The notes beneath the pieces were generated by a model. The model was not told where the DNA came from and did no database searches. It saw only the letters and a program-made list of their open reading frames with translations. 64,000 nucleotides of DNA, from the NCBI GenBank assembly GCA_004764695.1, contig SMSO01000034.1, positions 3,658,001-3,722,000 of the forward strand, read 5' to 3'. The position numbers and the translations under genes were made by a program. Positions 55,594-64,000 of the stretch are shown here, piece after piece; the first letter of the stretch is position 1; each line of letters opens with the position of its first letter. The stretch comes from Schizochytrium sp. TIO01. Its lineage: Eukaryota; Protista; Bigyra: Labyrinthulomycetes.

Positions 55594-58500
55594 TTACAAA
55601 TGCCAAAGAATCGCACGAGCAGTTGCTGCATCTCGATGCGAAGAGGCTTGAAGAAAGCGAAAATACTTTGCATCGCCTTGAGCGAGACGCCAAAGATTGA
55701 AAACTTTCGTAAGAAGAGTTGTATCATAATGAAGCTGAGCGGCGACAGCACCCCGAGCCTCTCTACGCAAATCTACGTAGTCTCTCCAGCGCGAAAGCAT
55801 GCTTGAAAGCAATTGGAATTGTTCTGAAATGCTATCTCTTGCAGGCTCAGAAAGACTAAATACGTTCCTTAAAATCCGTCGGTTGCATGTAAGGGTCCGC
55901 CAATATGAAAATGAGCGCCGTAGGACACATTTATTACCTTCTTGAATACCACGATCAAGCACAGATCGCCATGCCAATAGGTGAGTCCTTTTGGACTCTA
56001 AAACGACGTTGAACAACAGGCCACGCCACGCGCGGCGAACAATCAGAAAGTTCTGAGCAGCTTCACCTCGCCTGGAGCTGGCAATAGCATGGGCAGTGCT
56101 TTGCCAGTCACGTAGAGCCCTCCGCATAAGGCGTACTGTATATAAGGCGAAAGGTAACTCATTTCGCCAGGGCAAGCCTGAAGGTGGAGCTGAGGCACCC
56201 AGCCAAGCATATGATGGGTTCTGTTGGAGATCAGTGAGCTTTGAATTAAAAGGAAGGGGCTCAAGCGACCTGAGAGTTCGACTTCTTCTCCTGAATTTCT
56301 CTTCATTAGTAATGGAAGGGAGGCGATAGAGAAGAGAGTTGCCAGCAACGAAGTATCGTAATGCAGATATATGTTCTCCCAAACTACGGGCGTGAAGGCG
56401 GCCAATTCCAAGGTTCACAAGCCTGGCAGGTAAGTAAGGGGCAATCGCTCGCTGCCTCATGCGACGAGAAGCGTATGCTTTCCTTGCAACTTTCGCACAT
56501 TGCAAATACGCATCTCGCGCGGCCTTTCGTCTATCTGTAGCCTCACGAAGCAAGCCTTGCCGCCTCACGGATACGCAAACAGTAGATACTGCACCACGTG
56601 CTTGATCCAAGCTTGATCGTACCAAAGAATTTGCTAGTTGAATGCGGGCCTTTGCCATACCATGCGATATTCGCTGCTGTAGACCCTGTCGTGTCCAACA
56701 AGGTGGAATTTGAGCTTCATCCGCAACGGGAGATTCACTTGCTCGGCAGATAAATCGAAGGCGGATAAGCTTATCATGAATCGTTTGAGCTCGCCACCCT
56801 AATAATGCTCGCCGGGCAGTGTGATGAAAGTGAAATCTTGTGGCACATAGTCTACAGACGGTTTCAAAATTCTCGATGGCGACAGGCTGAGCACGCCAGG
56901 CTGCAAATGCGCGCCATAATATTTTGTGGCGCGCAAACGCGACTGCTGTTACAATTTTCCCCTGCTCACATAGGTTTTCACTAGTCCAATCACGCCACGC
57001 TTGCCAACACGTGCGAAGTGCACCTTTCGACAATCTTTCTCGACGTTCACGTGCACGCATTCGCAGCCATTCGCGGGATGCGTGGAGCTGCACAAGTCCA
57101 GTGAATGCTCGGCGCAGGTCATAGCGTTTTAAAAGGAATTCGCGCTCGATGCAAAGTCTGCGCAATGCAACTCGTCTCCGGGCTAACCAAGACATAGCTC
57201 GAAATGCAATTCGTTTCTGTAACTTATCAATAATACCTTGCAAAAGGCGCACCTTAAATAGAGAGCCCTCCCATGCATCCTCTGCTTTTTTGAGAGGAGG
57301 TGGTCTTGGCAAAGCTTGGGTTTTAAGAAGACTTGCCATGCTCTTCTGTACTTTTTGATTCGTTGAATAGCTTGCTGGCGTAACTCCGCAGACAAATGGG
57401 GCTGCTTTAACTGAGACTGCATTGTTTTTTCTAGTATCATTTTCCTTTTCGTTTTCATTTTCAAGAGCGATTAGTACTTGCTTTCGAAGTTCCGCTCGTG
57501 CATACTCCAGTTCTTCGCGATCCGCAGCAAGCTCTCGAATGACTGCATTATGACGATGTGTAAGGATACCACGAATGGCCTCAAAGCTTGCAGAGACCCG
57601 ACGCTGTTCTTCCCAAAGTGCTGCAGAACGGCGTTCCTTGGGACGAGGAGTTGAGGAGATCCGTCCGTCGTCTATACCTTCGAAGGCTACTTTGGGGTCC
57701 ACGTTCGGATCTCGGAGCACACGAAGGCAATCTTCTTCACTCACTGGCACGTGCTCAACCACAATCCAGCGACGCACCTGCGGAGGAAAAGAATTAGAGA
57801 CCTTCTTTGAATGTTGAGTTTGTGTAGTAGCTTCAGAACTGTTTTTCCCTAGTTCTGATTTTGTTGGATATGAAATCAGCTTCCCAGTTTTAGAAGCTGG
57901 CCCTAGTTGTGATGTTTGTGATAATTCTGTTCCTCGTTGAGGTGAGCTAGCTTTCGAAGAACAGTTTCTTTTGCTTAATTTGGGAGACAACGTCTGATTC
58001 GAGCGTGATTTTCTTCTGCCCGGTCTACGAGGTGATTTGAGAATAACACGAGGGGATTTTGTATTGAGCTTCGGTGTTGGTTTGGACCCACATTCCTGCT
58101 TTCTAGGCGACAGCTTATTCTTGGTCAAGTTCGATTTGCGGACTAGACGTGGCATCGGTGCAGGTGGTAGAGGAACAAACGATTCTGTCCCAGTTTTAGT
58201 CATTTTAATGGATTGAGCAGTCCACGGGACAAAATCGTTCGTCCTCTTTTTCAGACGTTCACAGTGAGTGAGCGTTGCTTGACGCCAGCGAGCTCGCAAC
58301 CGGTGCTTTAAGTGCTCATTATTGACAAATCTCTGGTCCCCTCCTCTAATTTCAGTTTGAGGTGTAGCTGCGTATTCATGATCAATTGAGTACATTCTAA
58401 AATTGGCATTCTTTCTTCGAGGCGAATGTTGTTTCTTGTGTTGCAAAGTTTTCGATAGTGATTTGCTACTACCAGAGGTTGCTTGAGGCAACCGTGTTTC

Positions 58501-59322
58501 AAGAAGTCGGTTACCATCCTCAGGCTGTGAATTTTCAAGGGCTTCGTATGATTCTTGCGCTCCTATTCGCGACAAAATCGCAGATTCACGCCTTATGGGA
58601 TACTTGGGAGGGACTTGTGTGCTATTAGTCAAGCCCTGTACATTTACGATTCCTTTTGTAGCCACAGAGGGATCGATAGAGTTTGTTTGGGCCTTGGTGA
58701 TTCCAAAATCAGGATGTACATCACTTCGGTTCTGCAGCTCAAACTCAATGCGCTGTTCATCCAAGCTCATCAAAGACTTGTTCATGAGCCTAGAGGGTTC
58801 ACTCCTTGGACGCGAGCTATTTCCTTGTGACGATGCTGGTGGCGACAGTGACACATAAGAGTGTGGGGGAGGGGGTACTAATTTCGAGGATGCTAAGTCA
58901 GATTTGAGATGCTTTGGAATTGGTGAAGCATCTAAACTGCTGTCATCCGATATATTGTGGCGGTTTTCCTCAATTACCGGACTGAGGCTTTCCGTTCGCT
59001 GAAGTACCACGCCTCTTCTGTACAAATCGTTTTGATGCCAATTCTGCTGCATTACATGTGATGGACTTGGTTGACTTTGCGGTAGTATTTCTTCGGCACT
59101 TTCATAGCGGTTCTCTAGTCTTTGTGGATCGTGCTGACCCTGAAGTTCATCGTAAGTGCCACCAGAACAGCCGTGCTGCCATCTTGCTTCAACGCCAGTC
59201 TCAAGATCAAGGCGAACAGGGGATACTGCAAGAACTGCTTCCAGCTCAAAATCTTCAGTATCTTCCTGGGTCGGTTTTACCACGTGTAGGTGCTCGCGGT
59301 ACGTCCTCACGTCGCGACGCAT
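55594..59322 (-). CDS. SFI1-like centrin-binding repeat protein with a long disordered N-terminus
   Basis: Repeated L-x-x-x-F/W-x-x-W-R units (LRTCWQAWR, LWRAFAAWR, ARRALLGWR, MRRALRDWQ, LRRSFSYWR, LSSMLSRWR, LTKVFNLWR). The N-terminal half is rich in SP/SPxR sites. Confidence 0.72.
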   Translation of the reverse strand: MRRDVRTYREHLHVVKPTQEDTEDFELEAVLAVSPVRLDLETGVEARWQHGCSGGTYDELQGQHDPQRLENRYESAEEILPQSQPSPSHVMQQNWHQNDLYRRGVVLQRTESLSPVIEENRHNISDDSSLDASPIPKHLKSDLASSKLVPPPPHSYVSLSPPASSQGNSSRPRSEPSRLMNKSLMSLDEQRIEFELQNRSDVHPDFGITKAQTNSIDPSVATKGIVNVQGLTNSTQVPPKYPIRRESAILSRIGAQESYEALENSQPEDGNRLLETRLPQATSGSSKSLSKTLQHKKQHSPRRKNANFRMYSIDHEYAATPQTEIRGGDQRFVNNEHLKHRLRARWRQATLTHCERLKKRTNDFVPWTAQSIKMTKTGTESFVPLPPAPMPRLVRKSNLTKNKLSPRKQECGSKPTPKLNTKSPRVILKSPRRPGRRKSRSNQTLSPKLSKRNCSSKASSPQRGTELSQTSQLGPASKTGKLISYPTKSELGKNSSEATTQTQHSKKVSNSFPPQVRRWIVVEHVPVSEEDCLRVLRDPNVDPKVAFEGIDDGRISSTPRPKERRSAALWEEQRRVSASFEAIRGILTHRHNAVIRELAADREELEYARAELRKQVLIALENENEKENDTRKNNAVSVKAAPFVCGVTPASYSTNQKVQKSMASLLKTQALPRPPPLKKAEDAWEGSLFKVRLLQGIIDKLQKRIAFRAMSWLARRRVALRRLCIEREFLLKRYDLRRAFTGLVQLHASREWLRMRARERRERLSKGALRTCWQAWRDWTSENLCEQGKIVTAVAFARHKILWRAFAAWRAQPVAIENFETVCRLCATRFHFHHTARRALLGWRAQTIHDKLIRLRFICRASESPVADEAQIPPCWTRQGLQQRISHGMAKARIQLANSLVRSSLDQARGAVSTVCVSVRRQGLLREATDRRKAARDAYLQCAKVARKAYASRRMRQRAIAPYLPARLVNLGIGRLHARSLGEHISALRYFVAGNSLLYRLPSITNEEKFRRRSRTLRSLEPLPFNSKLTDLQQNPSYAWLGASAPPSGLPWRNELPFALYTVRLMRRALRDWQSTAHAIASSRRGEAAQNFLIVRRAWRGLLFNVVLESKRTHLLAWRSVLDRGIQEGNKCVLRRSFSYWRTLTCNRRILRNVFSLSEPARDSISEQFQLLSSMLSRWRDYVDLRREARGAVAAQLHYDTTLLTKVFNLWRLAQGDAKYFRFLQASSHRDAATARAILWHL

Positions 59323-60266
59323 GGTCTCGACGGTTCGACGTTTGCAGTTTTTTTCATCACTAACTAATAAACTCTTACTTGTTTATTATTACCATAGGAG
59401 TTAAGCCTAAACATTAACTCCACGTTGTGAGAACAACAGGCTTTACAGAACCCATAGAAGAAGAATGTAAAATAAAGTTTTGCCTTTAGTGTATTTTGTC
59501 CATTCGAATAGGTGATAAGACACAAAATTGCAGAAATTTGATTAGTGTTAAATTTCCGCTTGGACAAGTGAGGATTTGATTATGGTATTTCCTTTGGCGA
59601 GAACCTGGCTTGGGGACCGTGATAGGTACTTACGTAGTTAATTTTCGATATACGGAGTTGAGAATTTATATGGCCATTGTATGATTTGCAAAACATATTA
59701 TCCCCTATGAATCTTTGGAAGAACTTGTTAATGGGATTGCATAAACTCTGACATACATATCTTAGCCGACTTCGTTCATAGAGAAGCATAAAGTAGACTC
59801 CTAGGGCTCTACAACGTACCTGAGGTAGACTGATTTTTGCTCAAAACCGCAATCTTCTCGTAGAAAGAAACGACGTTCTAAGTAGATAGATACTACCTAG
59901 AAAATAAATTACTATTTCTTATTTTTTTTAATTAAAAAAAAAAGTTAGGCCCCCATATTATTATTGCGTTTTATTTTGGTTTTGCTTTGCTTTAAAAATT
60001 AGAAAGGTATAACAATGAGATAAAATCGATCTTGGTCGTCTCGATAGATCGTCCTCCAAATCCTGAATCGAATCACCCATTCGGGAGGAATACTCTCAAG
60101 ATCTTATCCTCCGCGTGGATTCTTTAATATCTGACAGACTTGAGAGTAACCTCATATATACACTCTCGCGTCGTGACCGCATCCCTCTGTCGGAGACGGC
60201 CAGCTGGCGCCGCGCCGAGCCGTACCGTGGAGGCTCTGGCGGCTCTAGTATAGTCTTTGGCAAAAC

Positions 60267-62663
60267 ATGCGCTCGAGCAGGTCCAGTTATTTCTGCGGTG
60301 CAGTGACCGATCTTGTGAAGCGCAAGCAGCATAAACATGTGACAACCGACGAAGCATGGAATAGAGTTTTAGACGAACAAGTGCATCATGGGTTTCTGCG
60401 CAAGACAATTGAGCAAGCATCAAATAATTTGCTTTTGGCACCTGTGGCAGTCTACAGCACCGTGAAGCCCATGCCGCTCACGCACATCCTAATTCGTAGG
60501 CTCTTAGCTTCGATGAAAATTGAGAATACCAGCAATGTATCAACATCGAGCTCAGCACAGAATGATGAGGACAGCGCTTCAAAGCTCATTCGAAGGCAAC
60601 ATGCTTTGGAGATGCTAGCGGTACTTATCGGTGCCCTGCTTGCACGACAGTATGTGGACTTTGAGGAGCAAGCATTACGTCTGATTTGTCGTTTGGAAGA
60701 CTCTGAGGAGATTTTTGGACGTATGCTTGAGCAGGTTTCTCAAATTGTTGTGAGCGAAGACGAAATTGCCTTGGAGGCGCTCATTGTAATGCTTGCAATG
60801 ACAATGGCATGCGAGCATTTGCAGCGTAATTCACTACTTGACCACTTTCGCGTCCGCCATGAAGAGGTATCTCGGGCTCTCTTTACGACACTTGGGCGGC
60901 CAGAGCGCACTGCTCAGCACGAAGCTGCGTTCGCAGAATTGGGACTTTTATGCCATCATCGGAAACACGAGTCACGCAACATGTTCGCTCAACACCTACG
61001 TGAATGCTCTATAAATGACACGCACAGATATATATTTTCTTTGCGGGGCATCCTTGAAGATTTGAACTCTCAATTTGTCCGCTGTACAACTGGAACGTAT
61101 CAGAAGCAGGATCAAGATGATATCTTTGGCTGGGTAGATATGGCTTCCGAGTCAATGATTAACTGGGGCGGTCAGCTCACCTCGTCACTGGGCGCTTGGA
61201 TTACAGGTTTCAATAGTGATGGTAAATCTGACCATCCTTCGCCATCGTCTATTGATTCGTCAATATCAGCAGCAGGGCGGAAGCCGTGTGACCCACCTGT
61301 GCTTTCCCAGGATCCCTTGCTTGTGTGCGATGCTGCCCTTTGGGCACGAGCGCAGCTGGTCCTTTTATATGTTTATGAAGTCTTTAGTATGCGTGGGCGC
61401 CAAGGGGAGAACGTCTGGCTACGTGTGCTTGCTGAGCATGACTCGCCACCTTGGGCTGCTGCAGATGGACATAGCCTCCCCCAGCCACTTGGGTGTGGTG
61501 ACGTGTTTTTGGATGTTATAACATTTTTGACCTTCTCACTACATGGCAACACGAAGACACCGTACTCTACTCACATTGCCCTGCTAGTTCTGAGATGCTT
61601 GACAGAAAATGTACAAATTTTGACGCTACTGTTCGCTGTATCCTTTGAAAACGCTTCTAATGTGGACGGGCTTCGCGTTTTTGAGCGTCAGAAAAGCGTC
61701 CGCGATGGCATCCTTGCTTACGTTCCTGCTGTGAAGCAGCAGCAACATCAGCAACAAAATAAAGGTGGCACGGGATCAAGTGGAGCATCTTCTGAGGGCG
61801 AAGCTTATCGTCGGAGCCTAGAAAATATGTCAATGCAGGTAGTAGAAAAGTCTCTTGCTGCAACACTTTTCCAACATGTCGCGATGGTTCTTCTGGAGCA
61901 TGCTCGCACAGATGCCGATGGTTCGCAAGAGCAGATTCCCGAAGACCACCCGCGGCACGGGGCTGGAGCGGTGTGTGCCCGTGCTGTGGATATTTTGCAT
62001 CGTCTCATTATATTTCAAAAGCGCACATTTGGCACCAACGCTCCACAAGGCGCATCCCGTCTTTTGGGCATTGACTGGGTTCTAGTTACAAGAGGTTTGT
62101 TCGCTCTTGTGGACCGTCTTGCTAAGGGCCCAAAAACATTTTCAGGGTTTACACCAGAGCGATTCATTGATATCTGCATTCATGTTATTCACTTACTCAA
62201 CCTTCTCATTAGCAGTGATTTGCAGGATGAGCGATCGCGAGTTCTGTTTTTGCTAGAAATCTTGAAGCATAGAAAGGTCGTGGAAGACCTCGTGTCTGTA
62301 CTAGAACGAGACCCTTCGCTTGTGGACCTTGGTGGCCCTCGAATCGTACAGCAAGATTTAGGCAACCTTCGTCACATTTTGACACATTTCATGGGAACTG
62401 TGGCTTTGATTGAAGATGAGCAGGCCCAGGAGCTTACAGGGGCGAATCGTTCAAAACGAGACATGGAGATTCTTGGACATTTGGCTGAGAGGGTCTCGAG
62501 CCTTCGCTTGCGTCCGCATGACAGACTCCGTGATGGTTTCCAGCGCTATGTCGAGACCCAGCATGAACGTGCTCTTTTGCGAGACTTTATTGTGCGAACG
62601 ATCTCAGACTGCAATTCACTTCATGTTTTTGAGAACAAAGTTTTTTCGGCACGACGTCGATAA
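60267..62663 (+). CDS. Armadillo-like helical protein, ARMH3/C10orf76 (DUF1741)-like
   Basis: EHLQRNSLLDHF, GLLCHHRKHESRNMF, LLVLRCLTEN and AVDILHRLIIFQKR...IDWVLVTRGLFALV follow the ARMH3 motif order as I recall it. Confidence 0.7.
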   Translation: MRSSRSSYFCGAVTDLVKRKQHKHVTTDEAWNRVLDEQVHHGFLRKTIEQASNNLLLAPVAVYSTVKPMPLTHILIRRLLASMKIENTSNVSTSSSAQNDEDSASKLIRRQHALEMLAVLIGALLARQYVDFEEQALRLICRLEDSEEIFGRMLEQVSQIVVSEDEIALEALIVMLAMTMACEHLQRNSLLDHFRVRHEEVSRALFTTLGRPERTAQHEAAFAELGLLCHHRKHESRNMFAQHLRECSINDTHRYIFSLRGILEDLNSQFVRCTTGTYQKQDQDDIFGWVDMASESMINWGGQLTSSLGAWITGFNSDGKSDHPSPSSIDSSISAAGRKPCDPPVLSQDPLLVCDAALWARAQLVLLYVYEVFSMRGRQGENVWLRVLAEHDSPPWAAADGHSLPQPLGCGDVFLDVITFLTFSLHGNTKTPYSTHIALLVLRCLTENVQILTLLFAVSFENASNVDGLRVFERQKSVRDGILAYVPAVKQQQHQQQNKGGTGSSGASSEGEAYRRSLENMSMQVVEKSLAATLFQHVAMVLLEHARTDADGSQEQIPEDHPRHGAGAVCARAVDILHRLIIFQKRTFGTNAPQGASRLLGIDWVLVTRGLFALVDRLAKGPKTFSGFTPERFIDICIHVIHLLNLLISSDLQDERSRVLFLLEILKHRKVVEDLVSVLERDPSLVDLGGPRIVQQDLGNLRHILTHFMGTVALIEDEQAQELTGANRSKRDMEILGHLAERVSSLRLRPHDRLRDGFQRYVETQHERALLRDFIVRTISDCNSLHVFENKVFSARRR

Positions 62664-63276
62664 TCATGTTTCTCTAAAAACAACAGTAAAATTAATAAAA
62701 GGAAAGTTAGAAAAAAGAGGTAGTGAGTTATACTACCATCCACCATCATATCTTTCAACTGATTGATATCTATGGTTATCTGAACATCAAATCGTAGGAA
62801 TAATAATTTCTCATACAACAGTGCAATTTACTCAACGTGGTTTTAGCTAAACCCGAGTTGAGCAAGTACACTAAGAACATGACATGTGGACTACTAAAAT
62901 AATTTCAACACAAATCATTACTGTTTCTGTCCTAATGACACCTTCCACCTCTACCACTATCTGGCATCTCCATCGTCCCTTTTCCTTTGTTCGATATTGT
63001 CAACCCAACGTAGAATAACGACCTTGAAAGGAAGTCAATGTTCTAAGTTTGAGTGACGGACCACCTTACCTTAAAATAATAATAAAAAATCATGGATCTT
63101 TGTTGCACATTCGTTAGCTCTTCGAAATACTACTGAGACCACCATCCTCAACGCAAAGAGGTCCTTTGTTTCGTTGATGGTGGAAAAGAAAAACACAAGG
63201 AAATTAGCAAAAGGAGAAAATTTCAAAAAATGAACGAGGCATTCAGAGTACCCAGATGCAAAAAATGTGTTGTAAT

Positions 63277-64000
63277 TTAGGCAAGAGTGTCAGCAAGTCT
63301 GTACTCTGAGATGAAGTCTTCAGGGATGGATTCGACCTGTTCAGCAAGGACCTTCTTTCCTTCTTCAGAGTTTTTGAGAGCCTCCACGGTCTTCTTAAAC
63401 AGCATACCGACCATGTGGTTAGACTCTTCCTTCATCTTCTCAATGATAGCAGGGAAATCGGCGAGCTTGAGGACATCCTCAACAAAGAGGTGTGCCAGCA
63501 GGTTGCCGTAGTGCTGAGTACACAAGGGGCTATCCATGCTCTCGTCCGCCATAAACTCGAAACGTGCTCCAAGTCCAGCGACGAAGTCCTCCTCGTTGAG
63601 AAGCTTCATCTCCTTGGCCAGATGCACAAGTGCCTCCGGCACGTGGCGTCTCTCGGCGTCCTTCTTCTCTACGATCATGTGGCACGCCTGTTTGATGATG
63701 AAGAGCTTGAGCTCTTCCTCGGACTCAACTTGCGGCACGAGTTCCGTGAAAGATTCTACGAGTTCGGATGCCATGTTGAGGTGCACGTACTCCTCAAGAG
63801 CTCCACGCACCTTGTTCTCCATCGTTTCAGTATCAATGGCTGCTACCTTGCGCTTGGGCTGCGCGCCACCCGACGGTCCTGTCGAGCGCGGCAGGTTTGA
63901 TGCTCCAGCCTTTCCAGCGTTACTTCCTCCCGGTGCGAACCGTCCTGAAGGTCTGGCCGTAGCAGTTCCTAGTGCTGGTGGCCTCTGGATTCCTGCTCCG
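63277..64000 (-). CDS. 3' end of an eIF4G-like gene (MA3/MI domain), 5'-truncated by the window
   Basis: The frame is open to the window edge, with a G/P/R-rich linker. It continues as ENKVRGALEEY...ELVESFTEL, VEKKDAERR, and EFMADESMDSPL...GNLLAHL, typical of the MA3 domain. Confidence 0.8.
   Translation of the reverse strand, partial: GAGIQRPPALGTATARPSGRFAPGGSNAGKAGASNLPRSTGPSGGAQPKRKVAAIDTETMENKVRGALEEYVHLNMASELVESFTELVPQVESEEELKLFIIKQACHMIVEKKDAERRHVPEALVHLAKEMKLLNEEDFVAGLGARFEFMADESMDSPLCTQHYGNLLAHLFVEDVLKLADFPAIIEKMKEESNHMVGMLFKKTVEALKNSEEGKKVLAEQVESIPEDFISEYRLADTLA

Noticed and set aside
339-63900. Many short antisense or nested ORFs in the ORF track
   Set aside because: They are shadows of real CDSs or AT-rich intergenic noise, and many start at GTG/TTG, which is not expected in a eukaryote.

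Overview
This is eukaryotic nuclear DNA, not prokaryotic. It has long, almost intron-free CDSs, AT-rich and microsatellite-rich intergenic spacers, and GT-AG introns mostly in 5' leaders. The gene style and content suggest a flagellated stramenopile, probably a thraustochytrid (inference only). I can support about 17 protein genes: a head-to-head pair of M14 carboxypeptidase paralogs (one active-looking, one catalytically dead with a PAN domain), a P4-ATPase flippase, ISCA2, COX11, METTL9, an ankyrin-BTB protein with a PAM2-like motif, a mitochondrial-type CDF transporter, a Tag-type 3-methyladenine glycosylase, PTEN, an IQ/coiled-coil protein, a centlein-like protein, an AIM6-like phosphodiesterase, an MFSD1-like transporter, an unknown membrane protein, an SFI1-like protein, an ARMH3-like protein and the 3' end of an eIF4G-like gene. 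I recognised no tRNA, rRNA, CRISPR array or intact mobile element. Four observations stand out: (1) three clear, and one tentative, reading-frame breaks that are all net +1, which could be assembly error, mutation or programmed frameshifting; (2) the enzyme/pseudo-enzyme M14 pair; (3) microsatellite arrays that fill GT-AG-bounded leader introns; (4) a gene-free region of about 10 kb containing decayed coding-like sequence. All family assignments come from recognising motifs by eye, not from database searches.
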